64,000 nucleotides of DNA from Octopus sinensis (taxonomy: Eukaryota): the NCBI RefSeq assembly GCF_006345805.1, contig NC_043005.1, positions 52,080,001 to 52,144,000 on the forward strand, in the 5' to 3' direction. The notes under the pieces were generated by a model that had not been told where the DNA came from, searched no databases, and saw nothing but the letters and a program-made list of their open reading frames with translations. Numbering within the stretch: the first letter of the stretch is position 1; the number at the start of each line of letters is the position of its first letter. The translations under genes and the position numbers were made by a program. Shown piece after piece: positions 1-12,561 of this stretch.

Positions 1-635
1 ATATATATATATATATATATATATATAAGTATATATGTAAATATTCATTGCCATTTAATCTCACTTTCTCTGCCTATCTTTTGCTCTCCGCTCATATTTT
101 TTTTTCGCCTCTCTGAACTCAGTGCAAATAAATTTGTGGAAACTTTTAGTAAAGTTTTAACGATAATGATTTAATTGATTAACTTTTCAACAAATTATAC
201 GAACACACATTACCGTAACTGAGACAGAATTGTAGAAATGCATGAATATTGAGCGACACTTATGGAATTATAGAATTACTTAATTTTGTATCGGTTGTGT
301 TTGCTTGCTGCCTTGTTGTTATTGTTATTTTTTCATTATGCTAATGTTGTTTCTGCTGAATAACAAACTCTTGAAGCAAACAAGAGGAAAATATATATAA
401 TGAAAGATAGCAAAACTGTTGCTGCTCAAATTATTTATATTACACTGATTCCGTTTTTAATTGGAAGCAAATTATGGAATGAAATATCTTAGTTGTTGTC
501 ATCGTCGTCATCGTCGATGCATAGGCTCAGAGCAGTCCCCATTGAACAGAGATATCATTAAAGGTTTTCCAGCAGTGACCATCACTACTATCTTGCTTTT
601 AAGAAGTGTATATTTAGCAATACGTTATCTGATTA

Positions 636-906
636 AAATAAATAATAAATGCGCCCTTTTAAAGTCTAGCCAGGCTCATGGGCCTGGTTTCCCGGTATCA
701 ATGGCGTATGTGTTCCCCAGCTGGACGGGACGCCAGTCCCTCCCCTCGCAGCGTTACTCATTTTTGCCAGCTGAGTGGACTGGAGCAACGTGAAATTAAT
801 TGTTTTGCTCAAGAATACAACGCGTCGCTCGGTCCAGGAATCGAAACCGTAATCTTACGATCATGATGTTGACACCCTAACCACTAAACCACGCACCTCC
901 ACCACA
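636..906 (-). mobile_element. tRNA-derived SINE, V-domain-like (head A + tail 1)
   Basis: Pol III A/B box-like head (tagtggttag, tttcgattcc), cttgagcaaaaca and ggactggcgtcccgtccag motifs; 11-bp TSD ttatctgatta at 625-635 and 907-917. Confidence 0.85.
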
Positions 907-2356
907 TTATCTGATTACTCATTATTATTTATTATTTATTTTTTGTTTTAAGACAATAAGTTATAATTTAGAGAAGAATTGGTCAATGTCGCTAGCATAG
1001 TGGTCAACTTCATGCATCATATTTGGCCTGTTATGTCACCATGGAGCTGTAGACTCAATCTATCACTCGGCTTAAAATCATTGCAAGAAGTTTGGATGCA
1101 TTTAGCGGAATTAACACTGTTCCAAACATTCAGGCAAGGCTCTTCTTCATTTCACCAGCTCCGGAAAACTAGAAGAAAGGCTATTAAAGTAACCCTTCGT
1201 TTCTTGACTAAAGGGTGAAAACAGGTGGACGGATCATATAAAAACTATTTCTCATAATGTAATCTGATATCGTGAATTGAAATACATGTTATTACTGTCT
1301 GGAAGAGCCATAATTGGCATTAGATAAACATATGCAAACAGGCCATTGGAAAGACTTTCAGACAAATGACCAGTCTACTGCTATCAAATTTGTTCCCTTT
1401 AAAAAAGAAAATGACCTGTTATTATGTAAACTGAATAATATTTTGGATAAGATAATTCTGCAATACAGATAATTCCAATTTCACAGGATGAAATACCTGT
1501 TGATAGAATGCGTTTGTTTAAACGTCTTGTTGGTTATCGATAGCTATTATTAATTATAATACACAAACAACACTCAAATGCTAGAAATAGCAGCAGGAAC
1601 CCCCTTATTTCACGACAGTGCGCTTATAATAAGCGTTCGAGAAAATAAAGGATTTTCGGTGTATTTTAATTATTATAACTAAAGTCAAAGCTAAACTGGG
1701 CCTAAACAACAAAAACTACTAAAACTAAGTCTTCCTCAAATCATACCATGGCGTCTTGAAAGAATAAGTTAAGAAAGGCAGTTTACTCCTTCAGACAATA
1801 CTTGATGCTCAAAGCAATGTGGTCTTTGATCATAAGTCTGCTTGGTCAAGGCTGGCCTGAGATTAAACCGCAACAAATATAAGCACATGCGTTCATTGTG
1901 ACTATTATCAACAACTTTATTATTTAATTATATATTTGTTATTATCACTGTCTACTGTTACACACTTGTGACCTGTTCACTCATATCTAGGGAGAACTTT
2001 TAGCGTACAAATCATAGATCCGTAACGAAACGCTTTCATCATAACAATAAAGTAATTAAATAAGATAAAAAATTAATAACAACTACAACAGTAATAATAA
2101 TGATAATAATAATAATAACAACATTGCGTGTTTTCTTTATTTTGAAAGATCATTCGTCTGAAATACAACAATAAATATAAATTTTACACTCAAGGTTGTT
2201 TCCCAACCGAATGACTGAAACGAGTAAAGGACAAAAGTTCGGTCCCTCTGTGTGCCAGCTTGGGGGGTAAGTGTCTTCCACTAAAGCTCTTCGTAGATCA
2301 AAGCTTTCTGAGCGTATTCGGTAGACGAAAACTGAAAAAAATCCCGTTATAAACAT

Positions 2357-2387
<31 letters not shown>

Positions 2388-3210
2388 ACACACGCACACG
2401 CACACACACACACAAATAAATGTATATGTACGTATATACATATGTATACACATGTGTATATAATTAAAGCTACAAATATATCATGGGTTGTAAGCTTTAG
2501 AATTTATTATTTTAGTGAAATCTTAAAAGGCGTGAATGTGAAGAATGCAGGGTAATTTGAATTGGGATTCAGTCTACCTCAGACAGTAATTTTAAATCGA
2601 TTTCACATTACCGGGAGGCAATTGAAACTGGTAGGGGATAACTTGAAGTATTTTCATCGATAGTGTTCGAGAATGTTACTAAAGCTGTGGTCACTGTTAC
2701 CGATCCTCTCTTTGCACCTGACTCGTGTTGTTGTTGCTTTATAGCCATCATGATCGTTATTGGACACTTGAATGCAGTTAATAGTGGTGGCGCTTTGTGA
2801 AGGTGCGTGGCTTAGTGGTTAGGGTATTCGGATCACGATCGTTAGGCCGAGGATGACTTTGCTTTCCATCCTTTTGAGATCGATAAAATAAGTACCAGTT
2901 AATCACTGGAGTCGATGCAATGGACTTACCCCTTCCCACAAAATTGCTGTCCTCGTGCCGAAATTTGAAACCAAGGTTGGTGATGTCAAAGCAGTGAGCT
3001 GTTAGAATTTTTAGCATACTGAGCAAAATTCTTAGCGGCTTTTCGTTGATCTTTACGTTATGAGTTCAATCTCCGCCGAGGTCTACTTTGCCTTTCATAC
3101 TTTCGGGATGCATAAAATACAAATCAGTTGAGCACTGAAATCGATGTAATCGATTATCCCCATGCCCCCAAATTTCAGGCATTGTGCCTATAGTAGAAAG
3201 GAATATAGGT

Positions 3211-3423
3211 GATGTTTCCGTCCACGCTGAGCTCGTCTTGGGACACCTGCGTTACCGTTTGACAGACGTACCGCCCCAGTCAAACTCCCCGACCGACACT
3301 GCTCTGTACTAAGGCCGGCGCCCCCAAAGGCGCTCGACATGCACCGCGCGCTTCGCACCAGATGATGAACCACCGCTCGGTGACGGTCCAATTCCTTCTC
3401 CATCGAGAGAGCGAGAAAACTAC
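3211..3423 (-). pseudogene. Dispersed 28S rRNA fragment
   Basis: tgagctcgtcttgggacacctgcgttaccgtttgacagacgtaccgccccagtcaaactcccc matches the reverse complement of a conserved LSU rRNA segment. It is only ~200 bp, with no rDNA context. Confidence 0.85.
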
Positions 3424-3569
3424 GGCAAAGCTGACGTAGGCGGCTATTTGGACTCAGAATGTAAAGACGGACGAAATGTTTCTAAATATTTTGGCCGGTC
3501 AAAATATTTAGAAACATTTCGTTCGTCTTTACATTCTGAGTCCAAATAGCCGCCTAGGTCAGCTTTGCC
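3424..3569. repeat. 146-bp near-perfect palindrome made from a SINE 5' segment
   Basis: 73-bp arms centred at 3496/3497, no spacer, 3 mismatches by eye. Confidence 0.9.
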
Positions 3570-4184
3570 TTTCGTCCTTTCGAGAACGATAAAATAAGAA
3601 TCAGTTAAACACTGGAGTCCATGCAATCGACTTATCCCCTCCCGCCAAAATTGCCGACCTTCTGCCAAAATTTCAAACTGATATTGGGGATGCTCAAAGC
3701 AGCGAGCTAGCTGAAATGTTAGCACGCCGCTGGGAAAAATGCTTAGCGGCATTTCGTCCGTATTTACATTTTGAGTTCAAATTTCACCATGGTCTACTGC
3801 ACCTTTTATGGCTTTCACTGTCGATAAAATAGGAATCATTTGAGTCTGGGGTCAGTACAATCCACTTAACTTCGCTCTCGAAACTGTTGGCCTTGAGCCA
3901 GAATTTGAAGGTAATATTCGTGATGTTTCAGCAGGTTGTTAGTGTTGCGTCCAATATTGCTATTCCGTTTTAACTGTGTCTGCGAGAACTTTGATGGTGA
4001 TTATGTTGGTGTCTATTGGAGCGGGAAAGTCTTCGCTTGTGAAAGTGATGAAAGGGAGGCTCTGGGTGCGCAAATTCCTCTCACTTTCCAATGTAACAAA
4101 CTCCTAAAAGGGAAAACAAACAATATTTATTCTCAAACATACAGATCAATGTAAATCACGTCTGAAAAAAGCCAAACAACCAAT

Positions 4185-4236
4185 GAAGACGATGATGATG
4201 ATGATGATGAGGAAGTGGATGATGACGATGACGACA

Positions 4237-4271
<35 letters not shown>

Positions 4272-4485
4272 AATAATAATAATAATAATAATAATAATTA
4301 TTATTATTATTATTATTGTTATTTGTATTTTTATTATTATTATTATTATTGTTATTATTTTTATCATTATAAATACAAAAATACGAAAACCAGATATACC
4401 ATAACAAAATATTTCTTCACTTCACTAAATAATAACAACAACAATAACAACAACAACAACAACAATAATAATAATAATGATAAAT
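4185..4485. repeat. Compound trinucleotide microsatellite (GAT)n(AAT)n(ATT)n and (AAC/AAT)n
   Basis: Directly visible. Confidence 0.95.
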
Positions 4486-4815
4486 AGATAAATAAATAAT
4501 GGAAGAATGACAAAATCCAATAAAAGAACAAGTAAGTGAAGTAAAAACAAAATAAACAATCAATGAAACCAAAAAAAAATAAAGGGAAAAACGAAACTGG
4601 TCTTATTATTGTAAAAAAAAAAACAAACAGAGAAAGAATTAGTATAAAACCATAGAATACAAACAGTTTGGCTACGTCGGTGTGACTGTTGTCCACTAAA
4701 GTCTAGACTTCTTTATTGTTTAACATCTAATAGAGGCACGGAAATACATTTTAGAGAAAAGATCTTCTCACGAATATTTGTTGCAGTTTTTGTTATTTTT
4801 AATGTTTGGATGTAC

Positions 4816-4907
<92 letters not shown>

Positions 4908-4940
4908 TATATATATATATATATTATATATATATATGTA

Positions 4941-5003
<63 letters not shown>

Positions 5004-5404
5004 ATGTGTGTGTATGCATATGTATATATGTATGTGTGTATGTATGTATGTATGTATGTATGTATGTATGGTGTTTTGTTTGTATGATATATTTGTTATT
5101 TGTTTCTGTCGGTTGGTTGTTAGATTTTTTTTAGTGTTATTTGTTTCGGCGATTTTCCTCTTTTCTTGGTGATAATCGCTGTTGCCTTTTTCATCATCAT
5201 CATCGGCCGTCGTCATCATCTTCGGGAACTGCATACTTCTCCTTCTTCCCCTCCTCTACTCCACCCCTCTTCCTACTAGTCATCGTCGTTATGGGCGTCG
5301 GCGATGTTTATTTTCATCGTTTCAGATATTTTCGCAATTACCAATAATGTTTTCTTTATTAACCACGAAGGGTTCACAAAAAGATCGATAACGGTATACA
5401 AAAC

Positions 5405-5830
5405 GTGCGAGTGGCTCTGTGGTAAGTAGCTTGCTTACCAACCACATGGTTCCGGGTTCAGTCCAACTGGGTGGCACCCTGGGCAGATGTCTTCTCCTAT
5501 AGCCTCAGGCCGATTAAAGCCTTGTGAGTGGATTTGGTAGACAGAAACTGAAAGAAGCCCGTCGTATATATGTATATATATTCGTGTGCGTGTGTGTATG
5601 TTTGTGTGTCTGTGTGTGTCCCCCCAGCATCGCTTGACGACCGATGCTGGTGTGTTTACGTCCCCGTAACTTACCGGTTCGGCAAAAGAGACCGATAAAG
5701 TAAGTACTACGCTTACAAAGAATAAGTCCTGGGGTCGATTTACTCGACTAAAGGCGGTACTCTAGCCTCGGGCCGACCAAAGTCTTACCAGTGGAATTGG
5801 TAGACGGAAACTAAAAGAAGGCCGTCATAC
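5405..5830 (+). mobile_element. SINE family B with internal (TA/TG)n microsatellite
   Basis: gtggtaagtagcttgcttaccaaccacatggttccgggttcagtcc...gtggatttggtagac; many other copies in the window. Confidence 0.85.
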
Positions 5831-5862
<32 letters not shown>

Positions 5863-6449
5863 AAATGTATGTAATTATGTATGTATGAATGTATGTATGT
5901 ATATATGTATATGAGTGTATGTTTGTATAAGTGTGTGTACTTATCTGTATGTATGTGTCTTTGTGTCTGTTTGTTCACCCATCACCGCTTTATAACCGGT
6001 GTTAGTATGTCCCCGTAATCTAACAGTTTTGCAAAACGACCAATGATTTGCAAATAACGTGCACATACAAGTGCTACCAGTCGAGAGCTCCGCATACCGG
6101 AAGCCAGCAAGTGTATGGGGGTCATCAGAAGAGAATGCGCGTCATTTTGGGGCCTACCTCTCGACGGTGTCAATGCACATTGGCCCCCACCACACTGATA
6201 TGAGGCCCCGCTTGCTAGATCAGCTGGTTATCAAATAAAGTTCAATATTCTCCTAGCCATCGCTCATCGTCTCTTTTTAACCAAATAAGTTCTGGGGTCG
6301 ATTTATTCAACTAAAAGCCATTTGAGATAGTGTTCCAGCATGACCGCAGTCAAGTGATTGAAACAAGTAAAAGAATAAAGGAATAAATGAATTAATAAAA
6401 AATATCTTAGGAGTATTAATTATGAACCCGTTCTCCCTAAAACTGGACC

Positions 6450-6773
6450 GTGAGGGCGCGTGGCTTAGTGGTTAGGGAATTCGGCTCGTGATCGTAAGGT
6501 TGTGAGTTCGATTCCCGGCGACGCGTTGTGTCCTTGAGCAAGACACTTTATTTCACGTTGCTCCAGTCCACTCAGCTGGCAAAAATGAGTTGTACTTGTA
6601 TTTCAAAGGGTCAGCCTTGTCACTCTCTGTGTCACGCTGATTATCCCCGAGAACTACGTTAAGGGTACACGTGTCTGTGGAATGCTCAACCATTTGCACG
6701 TTAATTTCACGAGCAAGCTGTTCCGTTGATCGTATCAGCTGGGACCCTCGTCGTCGTAACCGGCGGAGTCTTT
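6450..6773 (+). mobile_element. tRNA-derived SINE (head A + tail 2)
   Basis: Head tggcttagtggttaggg...gttcgattccc and tgtccttgagcaagacact; 12-bp TSD taaaactggacc at 6438-6449 and 6774-6785. Confidence 0.85.
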
Positions 6774-6859
6774 TAAAACTGGACCTTTCTTGAAGCGTTA
6801 GAAGCTACCGCATTTCTCAGCATTTGAATTCCTCTTACTTTCCCAGTTCTATTTTTCTT

Positions 6860-7060
6860 TTCTTCCTACACACACCATCAATTATTCGTACTGGAGTTGC
6901 TATTTTTTATTCTTTCTTATCGCGATAGTTTTTCAATTTATTTCAGATATATATTGTCGTTCGTTGGAATTGATAGGCCGATTAGGAGGCATTTTTTTTC
7001 TCCTTGATAGTCATTGATAATAATGTCTGCACGATTACTATAATCTCTCTGTTAACTGAC
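6860..7060 (-). pseudogene. Degraded restriction-like endonuclease fragment of an R4/NeSL-type non-LTR retrotransposon
   Basis: Minus strand translates NRADIIINDYQGEKKCLLIGLSIPTNDNI*...ATPVRII, resembling the RPD...CLLID..IP...IPVIIG RLE motif. Confidence 0.6.
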
Positions 7061-7499
7061 ATTCTCATCGTATGCTAACCTTCTGAATCTTCGAAAACTC
7101 GTGTGACGAATTGTTAAATAATTCATATATGTATATATATATATATATATATATGTGTGGGTGTGTGTATATGTGTGTGTGTAGATACGAATCCCCCGTA
7201 TCACGATAGTAATGAGTTCCTGAAAAAGTTACCGTAATGCGAAATTCTGTAATACGAATTTGATTTGATTTCCATATTATAAAGTGATAATACATTCCTA
7301 CCGACTGATTTGGTAGGAAACCCCAAGACAAAAGAAAACAACAAAAAAACACCCCCCCAAAAAACAAGGAACAGCCATCACTCCTGAGTATGAAAATTAC
7401 ATTTCATAAACATACACCGTACAATATGTACAAATAAAAAAATTTCGTAGCGAAATGCGTCACTGAATAAATACGAATCGCAATATAACAGCGATTTTG

Positions 7500-8030
7500 C
7501 CACAAAAACGTTTCAAGCCATCCATTTATAATGAGAAGATGTTTTTTATTAGAAGTTCCACCTGCTTTATTTTCTGCAATTGTCACAGAAACAATTTTTT
7601 TTTGCCCTCTTCAAGCTTAGCCAGGCTCATGGACCCGGTTTCCCGGTTTCTGTGGCGTATGTGTTGCCCAGCTGGACGGGACGCCAGTCCATCGCTGCGT
7701 TACTCATTTTGCCAGCTGGGTGTACTGGAGCAACGTGAAATGAAGTGTTTTGCTCAAGAACACAACACGTCGCCTGATCTAGGAATCGAAACCACAATCT
7801 TACGATCATGATGCTGACACCCTAACCACTAGGCCACGCGCCTCCACACAGAAACTACTGGCTTTTCAAAATTATCATGGTGCTTAGCAGCACAAAGGAT
7901 CGAGTCTGAAATTGTAACCCACCCAAGAGCCTTCAATTTTAATGATGAACATTTGATCTAAGAAAACATAAGGTCAGAATAGTTAACAGAATAGCTTCTT
8001 GAGGATTTGATTAAAGTTTCTTCCTACTGA
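7500..8030 (-). pseudogene. Second partial pogo/Tigger copy, split by a SINE
   Basis: Homologous to ~9330-9590; encodes INGWLETF. Confidence 0.7.
7593..7846 (-). mobile_element. tRNA-derived SINE (head A + tail 1) inserted in a pogo remnant
   Basis: Homologous to 636-906, with an A-rich tail; 9-bp TSD cacagaaac at 7584-7592 and 7847-7855. Confidence 0.9.
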
Positions 8031-8799
8031 CGCGGTGGGACCAGTTTGTTAAAGGTGCTGGTAGTAAGAGAATAGTGACTGAAGTGATGAGTGACATTAT
8101 CTTATAGTTCATTATCATCAACTTGTAGAGTGAAGAGCTTATTTGAGTTTGTTTCGTGTTTATGGCGCATCATCACTTTGTACGGGTCATTCTAAAGACT
8201 CAGCTAATTGTAAAATTGTGGCAAAAGGTCAACAATTTTGGGGGTGAGCTTAAGTCGATTACAACGACTCCAGTCCTCATCACGTACTTATTTTATCGAC
8301 CCCGAATGGATGAAAGGCAAAATCGACCTCGACGCAGTTTGCACTCAGAACCGAGACGGACGAGATACCGCTAAGCAATATGTCCGGCATGCTAACAATT
8401 CTGCTAACTCGCTGCCTTAACTCTTCTTCTAATATTGGCTTCAAATTTTGGCACAAGGCCAGCAAGTTCGGAGGAGAGGGTACTTACTTTATCAACCTCG
8501 AAGGGATGAAAGGCAAAGTCGACCGACCTCGGTGGCATTTGAGCTTAGAATGTGCAGACAGATAAAATGCTGCTAAACATGTTGCTCGGCGTGCTATTGA
8601 TTCTGCCTGCTCACCGCCTTCTCTTCTTCTTAAATTGATATTACGCTTACGATCATGGCTGTTGTTGTCAGCAAAATCTTACAAACTTTCCTCTATGAAT
8701 GCCAAATTTTTGCAATATTATTCGCATTCTGTATTCTCATCTGAATACTCAGATGTTTCTTGTTCTAAAAGCACCAGCTCCTCGTTAGATAAACTTTAT

Positions 8800-9750
8800 C
8801 TATCAGACATCACTAAGTCAACCATATCATCAAGTACTACATCATTTCCACCACAATGTCTTTCATATTTCATGTAGATTTTCTGATTGTATAAAACTTG
8901 TAAAGTAACGGGTAAAGCTTAGTAACATATATTTTTTCTAAGCCCTACTGAATGCATTGCCAACGGTGGAACAAAAGTTATGCTTGCTTTTAGTCTCTTA
9001 GTAATCAATGCCTACTTATTTGAACGCAACCGTTGAAATCTCTAAAAACTTTAATCTCTAACAACTTTTGAAACTTCAAAACCTTGGTGATAATTTTTCT
9101 TCGCGAGACATAAATGATCCAGCAGGCATGAGCCTTCAATAAATAAATAAATAAATAAATATACAAAACTGCAGTTTCATCAACATCGTATTCTTGCACT
9201 AGTGTTTAGTCCACTTTAGCAATGATTGATTACAGCTCCTTGAGGTAATAAGTAACAGTCTTTATATCAGTACTGGCAGCTTCACCACATACTTTGATTG
9301 TGTGTAAATTCAAGTGTTTCTTTCAAGTCTTTCAAATCAGTCATTACTAGCCGGAGAATGTTTCTCATTAGAAGTTCCACCTGCCTTTTTTCTAAAAATT
9401 ATCACAGAAATTACTGGCTTTTTAAAATTATCATGGTGCTTATCAGCACAATGCGTTGAGTTTGAACTTCTAACCCGTCCAAGAGCCGTTCCATTTTAAT
9501 GATGAACATTTGATCTAAGAAAACATAAGGTCAGAACAGTTAACAGAATAACTTCTTGAGTATTTGACTAAATTTTCTTCCTATTGTCTCGTATTGTTCA
9601 TACTGTAGACTTCGCAAGCTTTAATATTTAAGCAATATAGCTGACTTTTTTTCTCCTGCATCAAGTTTGATATTCAGTGTTATCTTTTTACTGTTATTTT
9701 TCTCACTCCTGCCTTCAGTACCTCTTCAGATAGCTTCTTTCTAGACATCT
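8800..9750 (-). pseudogene. pogo/Tigger-like (CENP-B-related) transposase remnant
   Basis: Fragments KKITLNIKLDAGEKK..IA*ILKLAKSTV*TI (psq-type HTH), PASND*FERL (CENP-B box 2-like) and YDVDETAV (first DDE Asp), in shifting frames. Confidence 0.7.
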
Positions 9751-10527
9751 TGAATTGTAAAGAAAATCTATCAGCGGCAATAATAAAAAAAAAAATTGTC
9801 CACAACAAATATGTAAGTTAAAAAATAGTACCAGGAAACAATTATTTTGTGAGAACAAAATATGTTATCTTTTTCTATGGTTATAAAAACAGAAATTAGT
9901 AGACATAAAGATGAAAGAGTGAGGTGGGTGGAATTAGTGTATGATTACGTATTACGGCTTGTTGAAAGGTGACCAGGTCGTTTGCACTTCGATCACCTCT
10001 AGCTTGAACCATTATAATTCCACGCTATACTTAAATACAGATACACACTCTCATTCACACTCTCACACACGCCATTGTGTTAACTTACATCATAAGTAGC
10101 TACAGGCATTACGTTCATGCTGATACAACTATTACTGTTGTCAGTTGGTTATTCCAAAAGTGGTGGAATGGTAGTGGTGGTCTTCCATGCATTCCTTTCG
10201 GTGTTATTGATGGTGGGTGGTATTGTTGGTGGCGGCCGAGGTCATATTGCTCTTGTGAATTATATTGCCGTTGCTGTTCAGCCTCAAGCCAATACTCATT
10301 GACCCTTAAAACAATAACTAATATTAAAATTTTTATGTCAATCGAGTCAGTCACTTGCTATTCTGGAGTTTCACCAGCGTGCATGAAGGTAATCTAGCAA
10401 GTCATAGTTCGTCTGATGACCATGTAAATGCATATCTAGAGACTCCAGAGTAGACTTCACCAAAATAAAAAAATATATATGCAAATACTACACATACACA
10501 CACACATGTATATACACATATTATGCA

Positions 10528-11419
<892 letters not shown>

Positions 11420-11460
11420 ATGCATGTATGTATGTGTATATGTATATATATATATATATA

Positions 11461-12561
11461 TAACGGGAAGCTTTATGAAAATAAACAAAAGACGAAGGCA
11501 GGTGGAAAACAAACGAACAATTGTATTAGTATGGCGCTCAGGAAATATAAATAAAACAAGTCTTTAACGTTTTGAACCTACGCTCTTCAACAGAAAGATA
11601 CACAGAGAGAGAAAAACACAGAAAGAAGGAGAGAAAAAAAATGCGTGCAGTAGCTAACGAATCAACATGGCGATCTGATTTCGGCCAGAGGTCAAAGATC
11701 AAACATGAGACGCGAGAGCGAAATAAGGGGAGATAATAGGGTTGATAAAAGGGTTGAGGGACCAGCTAAAAGTGCGTGGAGGGGTCTGGATGTGTGTATG
11801 TATAGGGTTGGTGTATGTATTAGTATGTATAAGGGTGTGTGTGTGTATGAGAGTATTAGTGCGTAAGATTGGTCTGGACGTGCGTATGTATGGGGTTGGT
11901 GTATGTATTAGTATGTATTAGTATGTATTAGTACGTATTGGTATGTATAGGTGTGTGTGTGTGTGTGAGAGAGTATAAGTGCGTATGCGGGGTCTGGACG
12001 TGTGTATGTATAGGGTTGGTGTAAGTATTAGTATGTACTAGTATGTATTAGTACGTATTAGTATGTATTAGTTGGTGTGTGTATTAGTATGGCACATCAT
12101 ATGTGATGTGATGTGTAAAGTCATGTGGTGTAGTGAGGAGAAGAGGGGAGGGGGAGAAGAGGGGGGGGAAGAGGGGGAGGGGGAGAAGAGGGGGGAGAGA
12201 GGGGAGGGGGAGAAGAGGGGGAGAGAAGGGGAGGGGGAGAGAGGGGGAGAGAAGGGGAGGGGAAGAAGAGGGGAGGAAGAAGGGGAGAGGAGAGGATGGG
12301 GGAGAAGGAAGGGGATGAGGGGGTGAAGGAGGAAAGAGGGGAGGGGAGAGGAGAAAGGGAGAGAGGGAGTGAGGGAGCAGAGGGAGGGGAGAGGGGGAGG
12401 GAGAAAGAGGGAAGAAGGGAAGGGGAGTAGGGGTGAAAGGATGAAGGACTGAAGAAGTAGGGGTCGGGGGGAAAAGGATAGGTGAGGAGGGGGGTGAGTT
12501 TAGAAGGAGGGGGGAGAGTTGAGACCAAATGGCGTATAAGAGCGAAGAGAGAAGATTAATT
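11461..12561 (-). repeat. 3' pseudo-LTR of the Penelope-like element
   Basis: Direct repeat of 16030-17090, overlapping the ORF end. Contains a GA-rich tract and three gtctgga(c/t)gtg...gtatgtattagt units. Confidence 0.95.
11561..11598 (-). ncRNA. Mutated hammerhead ribozyme in 3' pLTR
   Basis: Reads CTGTTGA A GAGC-GTAG-GTTC AAAAC GT T: G12 changed to A and one stem II C changed to T relative to the 5' copy. Confidence 0.65.

Noticed and set aside
4146-5234. Many ORFs rich in YI, CV, HT, LSIY or poly-I/N/D here and throughout the window
   Set aside because: They are translations of di-, tri- and tetranucleotide microsatellites, not genes.
6450-6525. tRNA-like sequences with A and B boxes
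   Set aside because: They run directly into SINE bodies with TSDs and lack a proper acceptor stem, so they are SINE heads and not tRNA genes.
10080-10310. Exon-like segment on the minus strand with acceptor and GTAAGT donor
   Set aside because: All three frames contain a stop before the donor and no known protein is recognisable.
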